From the NCBI GenBank assembly GCA_020722185.1, contig DYLH01000003.1:4377-68376 (forward strand): a DNA stretch of 64,000 nt, written 5' to 3'. The notes beneath the pieces were generated by a model. That model was not told where the DNA came from. It searched no databases and saw only the letters and a program-made list of their open reading frames with translations. The stretch comes from Candidatus Avelusimicrobium gallicola. GTDB taxonomy: Bacteria > Elusimicrobiota > Elusimicrobia > Elusimicrobiales > UBA9959. Shown here in pieces: positions 44,625-54,927 of the stretch (position 1 is its first letter; each line of letters starts with the position of its first letter). The position numbers were made by a program, and so were the translations under genes.

Positions 44625-46426
44625 TCAGTCACCACCGCTTGAATATTTTCCTCTTTCCCATCAGAAATATTTGTTGGATAAGCAGCCTTCACTATACTTT
44701 TAGCCACAGAAAGGGCGGAAGTAGATCCATGTTCTCCATGTTCCACAAGAACAGCTACAGCAACTTTTGGATCTTCTTTTGGTTTTTTTGCAAAACATAC
44801 AAACCATGCATGATCTTTGCCATGAGGATTTTGCGCTGTGCCAGTCTTGCCAAAAATTTCAAGCCCACTTATTTTCATAGCTTGACCCGTACCTGAGGAA
44901 ACCACTTCACCAAGCGCCTCATATAGTTTTTCCCATGTTTCTTCTTTCAACTTAACCTTTTTTTTAATTTTAGGAAAATTTTCCAATATTACATCTCCAT
45001 TTTTCTTAACTATCTTGTCCACATAATATGGCTTAAAAATAAGTCCCCTAGATGCTATAGCTGAAATGAAAACCGCCATTTGCATTGGCGTTACCAGTGT
45101 TTCTCCCTGTCCTATGGCTAAATTTAATGTGTCCCCTATGAACCAGTAACTTTTTTTCATCGCTCTTTTTTTGGGGCCAAACACATGCCCGGAGTTTTCT
45201 CCGGGAAAAGGCGACTCTGTTTTCTCTCCAAAGCCAAATTGTTCGGCTGTTTTTTCTATTTCAAGAGGTCCAACTTTAAGCGCCGCATTGTAAAAATAAA
45301 CATCGCAAGAATTAGCTAATCCATTTTTAAGATCCATATACTTGTGGCCTTTTTTTTCCCAGCATTTAAAAACTCTATTGCCTGCGTCAAAAAAACCGGG
45401 ACAAAAAAATTTCTCATCATAATGAGGTTTGCCCGACTCAAGAATAGCAATAGAGGTTATTATCTTGAAAGTCGAAGCGGGAGGATAAGTTCCCTGCACT
45501 CCTATATTAAATTCTTTGATATCGGGGCTTGACTCTTTTTTATCCTCACTGTAATCCACAAAAGAATTTAAATCAAAACCAGGTTTTACTGCATAGGCAA
45601 GTATTTTTCCACTATAAGGGTCAAGAGCTATGGCTGCCCCCTTTTTATATGGCAATTCTGACAGAGCTTTTTCAGCGGCTTCCTGCATTTTAAAATTTAA
45701 GGTAAGAATAATATCATTTCCAGCTTCCCCCTCTTGAGTATCAACTATCCTTATAAGCCTTCCTCTATTATCCACCTCCATATAAAGTCCGCCATCGCGA
45801 CCTTTAAGGTATTTTTCATACATCTTTTCAATTCCGGTCTTGCCTACCAAAGAATCCATAGAATATCCGAAAGAATAATAATTACTCCATTGAGTAGAGT
45901 CTATTTTCCCCATATAACCTATCAAATGACTAATCCATGCCCCATAAGGGTAATACCTAACTGCCTCAGATATCTGCTGAAAACCCGGAAAAAGATTTTT
46001 AAGTTCTGAAATTCTTATTATAGAATTTACCCCAAGATTGCCGGCTACTTTAAGCGGCTTTTGTGACGATATAGCCCTCTCAATTATTTTCTTTATTTTT
46101 TTTATATCTGAGTTGGTATATCTAGCCAAATAGAATGAGATCTTGTCTATTTCCTTACTTGAGTAACTTCTCTCTGGAAAGTATATCAAGCTATAAGATG
46201 GTTTATTGGAAGCAAGGACGACATTGTCGCTTGAAATAATTTTCCCTCTGGGAGCTGACTGATTTATCACCTGAGTTCTGTTTCTTTCAGCCAGTTCAAG
46301 ATAGTATTTATGCTTTATTATCTGCATATTCACAACTTTTATTAGAAAAATCACAAATACAAAATAAAAAGCTCCCAACAAAAAGTTAAATCTATCGAAC
46401 TTATTTTTAGACTCTATTAAAGACAT
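44621..46426 (-). CDS. mrdA: Penicillin-binding protein 2 (elongasome transpeptidase)
   Basis: STFK, SCD (SxN position) and KTGT motifs. N-terminal TM helix plus dimerisation domain. Confidence 0.93.
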   Translation of the reverse strand: MSLIESKNKFDRFNFLLGAFYFVFVIFLIKVVNMQIIKHKYYLELAERNRTQVINQSAPRGKIISSDNVVLASNKPSYSLIYFPERSYSSKEIDKISFYLARYTNSDIKKIKKIIERAISSQKPLKVAGNLGVNSIIRISELKNLFPGFQQISEAVRYYPYGAWISHLIGYMGKIDSTQWSNYYSFGYSMDSLVGKTGIEKMYEKYLKGRDGGLYMEVDNRGRLIRIVDTQEGEAGNDIILTLNFKMQEAAEKALSELPYKKGAAIALDPYSGKILAYAVKPGFDLNSFVDYSEDKKESSPDIKEFNIGVQGTYPPASTFKIITSIAILESGKPHYDEKFFCPGFFDAGNRVFKCWEKKGHKYMDLKNGLANSCDVYFYNAALKVGPLEIEKTAEQFGFGEKTESPFPGENSGHVFGPKKRAMKKSYWFIGDTLNLAIGQGETLVTPMQMAVFISAIASRGLIFKPYYVDKIVKKNGDVILENFPKIKKKVKLKEETWEKLYEALGEVVSSGTGQAMKISGLEIFGKTGTAQNPHGKDHAWFVCFAKKPKEDPKVAVAVLVEHGEHGSTSALSVAKSIVKAAYPTNISDGKEENIQAVVTE

Positions 46427-46893
46427 TTTTTCTCACTCAGATACCTTTGAGAAATCCTATAAAAAATTTCAAAAAAAATCAGATTAAAAAAAGGAGCTAT
46501 AAAAAAATCTTTCCACCCAAAAAACCATAACTTATAAATAGCAAAATAAAAAAATGAGTAGAATATAAAATTGAAATATAAAAACAGCAATAAAAACAAA
46601 TTCCTTGAAAATGTGGAATTCAAATCTGTTCTATTTTTGAGAACATTCAAAAAATATGAAATCAATACATAAGAAAGACAATATAGTCCAAAATGTCCCC
46701 ATGAAGAAAAGTCTGAAAAAAATCCTAGCATGAAAGAAAAAATCATTGAATGAGTAGGAGAAAACAAAGAAGTAGAAACAAATACCGCCATAAAAGGAAG
46801 GTCAAGAGAAACGCCAAAAATTTTAAAATGAGACGCGCTCCAATACTGTAGCGAACAAACTACAAAATAATACACTATACTTTTAATAATCAC
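46417..46893 (-). CDS. mreD: Rod shape-determining protein MreD
   Basis: 158 aa polytopic membrane protein between mreC and mrdA. Confidence 0.75.
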   Translation of the reverse strand: MIIKSIVYYFVVCSLQYWSASHFKIFGVSLDLPFMAVFVSTSLFSPTHSMIFSFMLGFFSDFSSWGHFGLYCLSYVLISYFLNVLKNRTDLNSTFSRNLFLLLFLYFNFIFYSFFYFAIYKLWFFGWKDFFIAPFFNLIFFEIFYRISQRYLSEKKCL

Positions 46894-46923
46894 CTAATAT
46901 CCTCCATAAACAAATTGAAAGAG

Positions 46924-47805
46924 TCATTGTTTATCCCCTGCCGTTATAGGAGATATATATTCTTCCACATAAACTTCTTTTACTTTTTCAATATCCACAT
47001 AAGGCTTTATGGCAGCTTGATAAAAATTCATGGCGAAGGAGCTATCCCATACATCTGAAACTGTTCCAACTGGCAAGCCTCCTGGAAAGGTTATTGAATT
47101 GTTTGAAGTGTATATTTTATCCCCTATCAATAGTTTATATTTTGACGGAATAAAATCTAATATAAGAGGCTTGTGACCATTTCCTCTTACCAAACCTTCC
47201 GCCTCATCTTTTCCTCCATATGCCATAAATGAAAATTCGGGATTTGATATTGAAATGATTTTTGAAAATTCGGGGTAAACTTCTAAAACTCTTCCAACAA
47301 CTGAAAAATTTGCCCCATCAAATCCCATCACTGCAAATCCTTCCCTAATTCCATCATTTGAGCCTTTGTCTATAAAAAAACCAGAATGACCGCCCATAGG
47401 AGTTCTGGAAACGACCAATGCAAAAATTCCCCTTGTGATATCTCTTTTAGGAAGTCCTAAAAGAGTCCTTAAACGAGCATTTTCCTCTTTTATGGAATTT
47501 AGCGAAGCCAACTCTCTTTCAAGCATCTTATTTTTTTCATCTCTTTCTCTAATAATGATGTCTGACTCTATAAGATTTCTTATGTTTTCTGGTATTCTTG
47601 AAATCTTCTTTTCATACTTATGAAAAAAAGAAAAATGGGGATTTATAGCATAAGAAAAAAAAAGTTTAGCTGAAATAACTAAGTTTGAAAGTGGAAGTAT
47701 TATAAAAGAAACTGAAACGAAAACAAGAAAAGAAAAGATGTATTTATTTACAGAATTACCGTCTCTCATAAGCATCGCGACGATGCGCTCTAAAAGATGA
47801 AACAC
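46924..47805 (-). CDS. mreC: Rod shape-determining protein MreC (start uncertain: GTG 47805, ATG 47775 or 47769)
   Basis: TM helix, coiled coil (ELASLNSIKEENARLRTLL) and beta-barrel domains. Follows mreB. Confidence 0.85.
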   Translation of the reverse strand: MFHLLERIVAMLMRDGNSVNKYIFSFLVFVSVSFIILPLSNLVISAKLFFSYAINPHFSFFHKYEKKISRIPENIRNLIESDIIIRERDEKNKMLERELASLNSIKEENARLRTLLGLPKRDITRGIFALVVSRTPMGGHSGFFIDKGSNDGIREGFAVMGFDGANFSVVGRVLEVYPEFSKIISISNPEFSFMAYGGKDEAEGLVRGNGHKPLILDFIPSKYKLLIGDKIYTSNNSITFPGGLPVGTVSDVWDSSFAMNFYQAAIKPYVDIEKVKEVYVEEYISPITAGDKQ

Positions 47806-48836
47806 TAAATAGCTTTAACAAAAGGAGCGCTGCGCACTTTATCCAACTCTTCAAGATACTTACCGCAGCCAAGAGCTACGCAACTGAGAGGATCGGCGGC
47901 ACGGTGGACAGGAAGCTCCGTTTCCTGCCTGAGCAGTTCAGGAATCCCCCTTAAAAGCGAGCCCCCGCCCGCTATTACCATGCCTCTATCTACCAAATCT
48001 GAAGAAAGTTCAGGAGGAGTCTCCTCCAAAACCTGTTTAACCACATCTATTATAAGCTGTATAGGCTCCATCAGAGCCTGTCTTATTTCCTCGCTAGTAA
48101 CGAGAACAGTCCTGGGAAGTCCCTTAGACTGATCCCTACCTTTGACTTCCATGTTTTTTTCTTCTTTTAATGGAAAAACCGATCCTATCTGCATCTTAAC
48201 TTCTTCTGCGGTTGATTCTCCTATGACTAAATTGTGCTTCCTTCTGAAATGTTGAACTATACATTCATCCATTTCATCGCCGGCTACATCCACAGACTTA
48301 GTGACAACCATTCCACCTAAAGAAACCACAGCCACCTCTGTTGTGCCTCCGCCTATATCACAAATCATACTTGCATGCGGCTCTGAAACCGGCAAATCAG
48401 AGCCTATAGCTGCAGCCATAGGCTCTTCTATAAGATAAACTTCCCTAGCCCCAGCCTGCTGGGCAGATTCCTGTACTGCCCTCTTTTCCACCTCAGTTAT
48501 TCCTGAAGGGATTCCTATCACTATGCGGGGTCTGAGCAAACCTTTTCTGTTGTGTACCTTTTGTACAAAATACTTTATCATCTCCTGAGTGACCTCAAAA
48601 TCAGCTATTACTCCATTTCGCAAAGGTCTCATGGCCACTATATTGCTTGGGGTTCTTCCCAACATTTGCTTAGCTTCGCTTCCCACAGCTAAAACTTTTC
48701 TCTTCGTTTTATCTATAGCCACAACAGATGGCTCCCTTAACACTATGCCTTTACCCTTAACATACACAAGCGTATTAGCTGTGCCGAGATCCATTCCTAT
48801 ATCATTTGAGAAAAGACTAAAAAAGTAATCAAACAT
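47805..48836 (-). CDS. mreB: Rod shape-determining actin homologue MreB
   Basis: [34 protein letters not shown]. Confidence 0.97.
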   Translation of the reverse strand: MFDYFFSLFSNDIGMDLGTANTLVYVKGKGIVLREPSVVAIDKTKRKVLAVGSEAKQMLGRTPSNIVAMRPLRNGVIADFEVTQEMIKYFVQKVHNRKGLLRPRIVIGIPSGITEVEKRAVQESAQQAGAREVYLIEEPMAAAIGSDLPVSEPHASMICDIGGGTTEVAVVSLGGMVVTKSVDVAGDEMDECIVQHFRRKHNLVIGESTAEEVKMQIGSVFPLKEEKNMEVKGRDQSKGLPRTVLVTSEEIRQALMEPIQLIIDVVKQVLEETPPELSSDLVDRGMVIAGGGSLLRGIPELLRQETELPVHRAADPLSCVALGCGKYLEELDKVRSAPFVKAI

Positions 48837-49180
48837 TAATCCACCAATTTTACAAGCGCCATCATCGAGGCATCGCCCCTTCTTTCTCCAACTTTCAAAA
48901 CAGATGTAAATCCACTTTTTCTCTCCTTATACCTTGGAGCTATAACCTCTACCATCTTTTTAAAGGCTTCCTTGTTTCTAAGAACAGATTTAAGAGAATC
49001 ATAATCTTGCTTTCTGGCAGTGTTTACTGTTCTATCAAAAAAACGCTTCAGCTCCCTGGCCTTAGGCATTGTTGTAATTAACTTCTCGTTCATTATGAGT
49101 GAAGAAAGCATATTGGAAAACATAGCTCTTCTGTGAGAGCCTGTTTTGGAAAGTTTTTTATCTCCGTAATTTTTTATCAT
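48836..49180 (-). CDS. rplQ: 50S ribosomal protein L17
   Basis: [24 protein letters not shown]. Stop TAA shares one nt with the mreB ATG. Confidence 0.95.
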   Translation of the reverse strand: MIKNYGDKKLSKTGSHRRAMFSNMLSSLIMNEKLITTMPKARELKRFFDRTVNTARKQDYDSLKSVLRNKEAFKKMVEVIAPRYKERKSGFTSVLKVGERRGDASMMALVKLVD

Positions 49181-49189
49181 AGTTACCTC

Positions 49190-50173
49190 TTATTTATTCA
49201 ACATTCCAAGAGAAAGACCGAGCTCGTCAAGTTTTTCCTTTATTTCATCTAAGGACTTTTGACCAAAATTCTTAACTGCTAAAAGTTCATCTTCTGTTTT
49301 TGAAACAAGCTCACGTATGGTCTGTATATTGGCCACTTTAAGACAGTTTGCCGCCCTGGAAGATAGCTCTATAACATCCACACTGCCTTCCAAAAGTTCA
49401 TTTAGCTCTTGATCTTCCGCATTGACCGCAGAAGATTCTTCTTTTTCATGAGTTTTTTTGCTTGAAGCCTCGCCAATAAAAGGATTGAGAGAAAATTGTA
49501 GAAGTCCTGCAGCTTTTTCCACAGCTTCTTTGGGAGAGATTGAACCATCAGTCCAAACCTCTAAAATGAGCTTATCAAAGTCTGTCTTCTGTCCCACTCT
49601 GGCATTTTCAACTGTATAATTGACTTTCGTTACAGGAGAAAACAAAGCATCTACAGGGATAAAATCCTGAGGAAGAGTGAGAGACTTCCTGATCTCATCG
49701 CTAGTCATATATCCCACACCCTTTACAACTTCAAGTTCTGCCTCAAAAACAGCGCCTGCCTCAAGTGTAGCTATTTCTAAATCCTTGTTGATGATTTCAA
49801 CTGAGGAATTTTCTTTTATATCGGCGGCAGTTACAGTCTTTTTTCCTTTTTGTGAAATAAAAAGAGTTATTCTTTCATCTTCTGAGTGAACTTTTAATCT
49901 GAGTTTTTTCAAATTAAGGATTATGTTTATAACATCTTCCTTTACTCCATCAAGCTGAGAATATTCGTGAGTGACTCCCTTTATTCTAACGGCAACAACC
50001 GCAGCGCCGTCTATTTGAGAAAGGAGCGTTCTTCTGAAAGAATTGCCCACAGTGTGTCCAAAACCTTCTTCATACGGCTCAGCTATAAATTTGCCATAGT
50101 AAGGAGTAGAGGTTTTTTCATCCAGCTTTATTTCAGAAGGTACAACTATATCTTTTACGAAGGTATTAACCAT
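49190..50173 (-). CDS. rpoA: DNA-directed RNA polymerase alpha subunit
   Basis: NTD (GHTVGNSFRRTLLS) and CTD (LSSRAANCLKVANIQTIRELV). ATG 50173 preceded by GGAGG; the ORF-track TTG 50185 is less likely. Confidence 0.96.
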   Translation of the reverse strand: MVNTFVKDIVVPSEIKLDEKTSTPYYGKFIAEPYEEGFGHTVGNSFRRTLLSQIDGAAVVAVRIKGVTHEYSQLDGVKEDVINIILNLKKLRLKVHSEDERITLFISQKGKKTVTAADIKENSSVEIINKDLEIATLEAGAVFEAELEVVKGVGYMTSDEIRKSLTLPQDFIPVDALFSPVTKVNYTVENARVGQKTDFDKLILEVWTDGSISPKEAVEKAAGLLQFSLNPFIGEASSKKTHEKEESSAVNAEDQELNELLEGSVDVIELSSRAANCLKVANIQTIRELVSKTEDELLAVKNFGQKSLDEIKEKLDELGLSLGMLNK

Positions 50174-50186
50174 TTTTTCCTCCAAT

Positions 50187-50813
50187 TTATTTGGAATAAA
50201 ATTCTACTATCAGTTGCTCATTGACATTTGTTGATACATCACTTCTATCAGGAATTCTGACAATTTTGGCTGTAAAATTTTCAGGATTATACGAGATAAA
50301 GCTTGGTCTAGAAGAAGTTTTATCAGCATTTTCTATTGACTGCTTAACGGCAACTTTCTCAGCCAAACGCGGATCAAGAGAAATTTCATCATTTTCCTTA
50401 ACTATATATGAGGGAATGTTCACAACCTTGCCGTTTACCTTTATGTGTCCATGTGAAACAATTTGTCTGGCCATTTTAATAGACTCAGAAAAACCAGCTC
50501 TGCGAACAACATTCTGTAAGCTCAATTCGAGAAGTCTTAAAAGAGTTTCTCCCGTTTTGCCTTTTGCCTTGGATGCCATGGCAAAAAAACGTCTGAATTG
50601 AGCTTCCCCTATATGATTTGATATTCTGGCTATTTGTTTTTCTCTGAGATGTTTTCCATAGTCTGACATTTTTTTAGGTCTGCTCTTTGATTTTTGAGCG
50701 TCCCTGTTTATCTTGTCAAAAATACAATTCGTCCTACACTTGTATCCTTTCAAAAAAAGTTTTTGTCCTAATTTTCTGCACTTCTTACAGCTGGCTTCTG
50801 TATATCTAGACAT
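50187..50813 (-). CDS. rpsD: 30S ribosomal protein S4
   Basis: MSRYTEASCKKCRKLGQKLFLKG, then the S4 RNA-binding domain. Confidence 0.96.
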   Translation of the reverse strand: MSRYTEASCKKCRKLGQKLFLKGYKCRTNCIFDKINRDAQKSKSRPKKMSDYGKHLREKQIARISNHIGEAQFRRFFAMASKAKGKTGETLLRLLELSLQNVVRRAGFSESIKMARQIVSHGHIKVNGKVVNIPSYIVKENDEISLDPRLAEKVAVKQSIENADKTSSRPSFISYNPENFTAKIVRIPDRSDVSTNVNEQLIVEFYSK

Positions 50814-50828
50814 TGTATAGCTCCTTTA

Positions 50829-51269
50829 TTATACTCTTCTGGGTTTTGGCGGCCTGCAACCATTATGAGGTATAGGCGTGACATCTTTTATTGATACAAC
50901 TCGTATCCCCGCAGCCCCCACAGCTCTTATGGCTGTCTCTCTTCCAGGCCCCGGTCCACTTATGAAAACCTGAGCCTGTTTCATTCCCATTGCCACTGCT
51001 TTTTCAGCAGCTTTAGAGGCAGTTATCTGAGCGGCAAATGGCGTTCCCTTCTTAGTTCCTCTGAATCCATTCCCGCCAGAAGTGGCCCATGCCACCACAT
51101 TTCCGTGCTCATCTGTTATTGTAACTATTGTATTGTTAAAACTACAAGTTATGTATACTCTGCCAAAAGAGACATTGTGGTGTTGTCTTTTTCTGCCCTT
51201 TTTGAAAGCATCTTTTTTAACTATAGCTCCCTGTTTTTTTTCTTCATTTTTTTTCTTTTCTTCAGCCAT
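50829..51269 (-). CDS. rpsK: 30S ribosomal protein S11 (Lys-rich N-terminal extension)
   Basis: [21 protein letters not shown]...[14 protein letters not shown]. Confidence 0.96.
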   Translation of the reverse strand: MAEEKKKNEEKKQGAIVKKDAFKKGRKRQHHNVSFGRVYITCSFNNTIVTITDEHGNVVAWATSGGNGFRGTKKGTPFAAQITASKAAEKAVAMGMKQAQVFISGPGPGRETAIRAVGAAGIRVVSIKDVTPIPHNGCRPPKPRRV

Positions 51270-51287
51270 AAATTTATCTCCTGAATG

Positions 51288-51692
51288 TTATGCCGCCTTG
51301 GCTGGCGCCGCTGCGACCTTTGACGCTGAGCCGACTGTCTTTCTTCTTCCTCTTCTGGTCCTTGCATTTGTTCTTGTTCTTTGACCTCTAGCCGGCAGAT
51401 TCCTTCTGTGCCTGAACCCTCTATAACTGTTTATCTCGATATATCTTTTGAGATTTGAGTGGACTTCTCTTCTAAGCTCTCCTTCTACCTTATATGTCTT
51501 GGAAATTATAACATTGAGCTGAGCTATCTGATCTTCAGTTAAATCCTTAACTCTCGTTTCTGGCTTTATACTTCCACTGAGATCTTTTTCCAATATTTTT
51601 TTGGCCAAAGCTCTACCTATCCCATAGATATAAGCAAGCGCCACATCTATTCTTTTTTCTCTTGGTAAGTCAATCCCTACTATTCTTGCCAT
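51288..51692 (-). CDS. rpsM: 30S ribosomal protein S13
   Basis: [15 protein letters not shown]...[23 protein letters not shown]. Confidence 0.97.
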   Translation of the reverse strand: MARIVGIDLPREKRIDVALAYIYGIGRALAKKILEKDLSGSIKPETRVKDLTEDQIAQLNVIISKTYKVEGELRREVHSNLKRYIEINSYRGFRHRRNLPARGQRTRTNARTRRGRRKTVGSASKVAAAPAKAA

Positions 51693-51703
51693 TGTTTCAC
51701 TCC

Positions 51704-51817
51704 TTATCCTTGTCTCTGTTTGTGTTTCGGATCTGAACAGATCACTCTAACTACACCTTTTCTTTTTACTATCTTGCACTTATCACATATTTTTTTAACG
51801 CTGGATCTCACTTTCAT
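51704..51817 (-). CDS. rpmJ: 50S ribosomal protein L36 (not in the supplied ORF track, below its length cutoff)
   Basis: Hand translation of the reverse complement gives [37 protein letters not shown] followed by a stop. Confidence 0.95.
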   Translation of the reverse strand: MKVRSSVKKICDKCKIVKRKGVVRVICSDPKHKQRQG

Positions 51818-51827
51818 ATTATCTCCA

Positions 51828-52049
51828 TTATTTTCCTCTAAAAATAATTCTCCCTCGTGTCAAGTCATAAGGAGAAAGTTCTACTCTAACTTTATCCCCC
51901 GGCAAAATTCTAATATGATTCATTCTCATTTTTCCAGAAATCATTCCAAGTATGGTCTTCCCATTTCCTATATCAACTCTGAAGGAAGCATTGGGAAGAG
52001 CTTCTTTAACTATTCCTTCAAGCTCTATCTTTTCTCCGTTATTAGACAT
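51828..52049 (-). CDS. infA: Translation initiation factor IF-1
   Basis: [61 protein letters not shown]. Confidence 0.97.
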   Translation of the reverse strand: MSNNGEKIELEGIVKEALPNASFRVDIGNGKTILGMISGKMRMNHIRILPGDKVRVELSPYDLTRGRIIFRGK

Positions 52050-52057
52050 ATAGTAAG

Positions 52058-52063
52058 ATTATA
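52058..52063 (-). promoter_or_regulatory. Candidate -10 box TATAAT 8 nt upstream of the infA ATG
   Basis: Perfect hexamer on the minus strand. Poor -35 (TTTTAT at 17 nt). No SD before infA. Confidence 0.3.
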
Positions 52064-52127
52064 CAAAATTTTTCAAAATTATAAAATTTATTTTTTTAAA
52101 ATCCGCTCTACAAAAATGACAAGAATA

Positions 52128-52877
52128 TCACAGTTTTGTCAATATTTCACACTCTCCTTCTCTTATGAGAACTGTGTGCTCAAAGTGCGCGGACTTTAAG
52201 CCATCGCAAGTTACAACGGTCCATCCATCTGATAAAAATTTAACTTCTTCGCTACCAAGACAAAACATGGGCTCTATGGCAATAGTCATTCCATATTTTA
52301 AAACTGGACCAGTGCCTGCTATCCCGTAATTAGGTATTGCAGGTTCTTCATGAAGTCGTCTCCCTATTCCATGGCCTGTAAATTCTCGCACAACTCCAAG
52401 ATTCTTTTTAGACGCTACTTTTTCAATTGAGTTCGAGACATCTCCAAGCCTTGCCCCATCTCTGGCGGCATTCAATCCTTCATAAAGAGCTCTTTCAGTT
52501 GTTTCAAGAAGTTTTTTTTCGTCAGGTTTTATTGATCCCACAGGTATCGTCGTAGCTGCATCTCCATAAAAACCATTTACTATCGCGCCCATATCTACAC
52601 TTACCAAGTCTCCTTCTTTTATTATCTTTTTATCCGAAGGGATTCCGTGTATAACCTCTTCATTTATAGAAACGCAAACTGTCGCAGGATATCCTCTGTA
52701 ACCCAGAAAAGCTGGTTTGGCACCCATTTTTTCAAGTACAGAAACAGCTATGGAATCTATGTCAAGCGTGCTCATTCCAGGCCTTATCTTGTCCCTTATT
52801 TGCGCCAAACTTTCTGCCACAGCGCGTCCTGCAAGACGCATATTTTTAATTTCTTCTTCTGTTTTTATTTCTATCAT
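52128..52877 (-). CDS. map: Methionine aminopeptidase, type I
   Basis: DLVSVDMGAIVNGFYGD, FTGHGIG, IAIEPM, FEHTVLI. ATG 52877; the ORF-track TTG is at 52883. Confidence 0.95.
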   Translation of the reverse strand: MIEIKTEEEIKNMRLAGRAVAESLAQIRDKIRPGMSTLDIDSIAVSVLEKMGAKPAFLGYRGYPATVCVSINEEVIHGIPSDKKIIKEGDLVSVDMGAIVNGFYGDAATTIPVGSIKPDEKKLLETTERALYEGLNAARDGARLGDVSNSIEKVASKKNLGVVREFTGHGIGRRLHEEPAIPNYGIAGTGPVLKYGMTIAIEPMFCLGSEEVKFLSDGWTVVTCDGLKSAHFEHTVLIREGECEILTKL

Positions 52878-52915
52878 AAACAAAGTATGTATTGCGCTGA
52901 TAAGATTTATTGTTA

Positions 52916-53560
52916 TTATACGCCAACTTTTACAAGGACAGACTCTATCTGGGAATAAACTTCTTCGCTTGGCTTATCGGCTTTGATAATATGAAAAATA
53001 CCTTGAATCCTGTAATAAGAGATAAGAGGAGAAGTAAGATCTTTATATACATCTATTCTTTTTGATACGACATCCGGTTTATCATCTTCCCTTATAAAAA
53101 GAGTTTTACCGCAAGAGTCGCAAACTCCTTCTTTCAACGGAGGCGAAGTCAAAACATTATAAACTCTGCCGCAAGAGCATGACCTTCTTGCAGAAAGCCT
53201 TTTTACCACTTCAGCCTCATCCACTTCAAAAAACAAAACCGCATCAACTTGCCTTGAATATTTTTCAAGCATATTTTCCAATGCTTCGGCCTGTTCAACA
53301 GTTCTGGGAAATCCGTCAAAAATAGTGTCTTGTTTCAGAGAGGATATTTTATTCTCTATAACTTCAAGAACGATTTCATCACTGACCAGTTTCCCAGATG
53401 AGATTATACTTTTTACTTTTAGTCCAAGCTCTGACCCTTTTGCAATTTCTTCCCTGAACATATCCCCTGTGGAGAGATGAGCAAATTTTCTCCTCTCAGA
53501 AAGAATTTTCGCCTGAGTACCTTTCCCCGATCCGGGATAGCCTAAAAAAACTAAATTCAT
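52916..53560 (-). CDS. adk: Adenylate kinase (Zn-lid type)
   Basis: P-loop GYPGSGKGTQA. Lid CSCGRVYN...CDSCG. Confidence 0.96.
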   Translation of the reverse strand: MNLVFLGYPGSGKGTQAKILSERRKFAHLSTGDMFREEIAKGSELGLKVKSIISSGKLVSDEIVLEVIENKISSLKQDTIFDGFPRTVEQAEALENMLEKYSRQVDAVLFFEVDEAEVVKRLSARRSCSCGRVYNVLTSPPLKEGVCDSCGKTLFIREDDKPDVVSKRIDVYKDLTSPLISYYRIQGIFHIIKADKPSEEVYSQIESVLVKVGV

Positions 53561-53572
53561 TCCTCCCCCATT

Positions 53573-54898
53573 TTATTGCCCCACATTAAACCAACGACCT
53601 TTTATTTTTGAATTCTTTGAAAAACCTTCATAGTTCCTCATTAAGAGATGAGCTTCCATCTGAGCCATAGTATCTAGAGCGACTCCAACCACTATCAGAA
53701 GAGAAGTACCACCAAAATAAAATGGAACATTTAGCTTGGATTTCATGTAATCTGGAAGCACAGCTATAGCCGACACAAACAGAGCTCCTCCAAGAGTTAT
53801 TCTATTGAGCACGCCTTCAATATACTTTGATGTGGGTTCTCCCGGTCTAATACCAGGGATAAATCCACCCCACTTTTTCATATTTTCAGCAAGGTCTTTT
53901 GGGTTTATGCTGACCGAGTTATAAAAGTAGCAGAAGAATACTATCAAACCCACATAGATGATCTGATATAAAATACTTGAATGATTCATAAACTGCATCA
54001 CTTTTTGAGCTAATTCAGAGTTAGGCCTAAAGGTGGCAAATGTATATGGCAATCCTATGAGAGAAACCGCAAATATCACCGCAATTACTCCCGATTGATC
54101 AACTTTGAGAGGAAGGAATGTGCTAACCCCTCCATACATTTTTCGACCAACCATCCTTTGCGCGTATTGAACAGGAATCTTTCTTTGAGCTGTTTCCACC
54201 CACACCACAAGAGCCATTATCACGCCTACAACGGCAAGTATCAATATTGCTGTTATTATGCTTATTTCTTCGAGCTGTACAAGTTTGAGCATATCCATAA
54301 CGGCTTTCGGCGCTCTGTCCACTATTCCGGCAAATATTATTAGAGAAATTCCATTGCCTATGCCACGCTCTGTAATTTGCTCTCCAAGCCACATTATGAA
54401 TATGGTCCCTGTCGTAAGAGAAAGAACCGTTGTGAAATAAAAAGTAAAACTTGGATTAATAACAACGGGAACGCCTCCGGGAACAGGCATATTTTTAAGA
54501 GCTAATGTGAGGCCCAAAGATTGAAAAGCCGCAAGAAAAAATGTGAAATATCTTGTTATCTGAGTTATCTTTTTTCTGCCGCTTTCACCTTCTTTCTGCA
54601 AATAATCTAGGTAAGGAAAAACATGAGCGCCCTGAATCAAACTCATTATAATTGAGGCATTGATATACGGCATCACTCCTAAAGAAAAAATGGAAAATCG
54701 GCCCAAAGCTCCGCCTGAAAACATGTCCAAAAAATTCAAAATACCCATTTTGTTATTGAATAGATTGGACAAAGCAGAAGCATTTATGCCAGGTATTGGG
54801 ATAGATGCTCCCAACCTGTACACGGCTAAAGCTATAGCAACGAATATTATTCTCTTTTTCAAATCCTCAGCTTTCAAAACATTGGCGATGTTTTCCAT
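53573..54898 (-). CDS. secY: Preprotein translocase subunit SecY
   Basis: 441 aa, 10 TM segments. IFSLGVMPYINASII, GEQITERGIGNGISLIIFAGI. Confidence 0.97.
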   Translation of the reverse strand: MENIANVLKAEDLKKRIIFVAIALAVYRLGASIPIPGINASALSNLFNNKMGILNFLDMFSGGALGRFSIFSLGVMPYINASIIMSLIQGAHVFPYLDYLQKEGESGRKKITQITRYFTFFLAAFQSLGLTLALKNMPVPGGVPVVINPSFTFYFTTVLSLTTGTIFIMWLGEQITERGIGNGISLIIFAGIVDRAPKAVMDMLKLVQLEEISIITAILILAVVGVIMALVVWVETAQRKIPVQYAQRMVGRKMYGGVSTFLPLKVDQSGVIAVIFAVSLIGLPYTFATFRPNSELAQKVMQFMNHSSILYQIIYVGLIVFFCYFYNSVSINPKDLAENMKKWGGFIPGIRPGEPTSKYIEGVLNRITLGGALFVSAIAVLPDYMKSKLNVPFYFGGTSLLIVVGVALDTMAQMEAHLLMRNYEGFSKNSKIKGRWFNVGQ

Positions 54899-54927
54899 TT
54901 TTTCTCCGAAAATAACTTAAATGGCGC

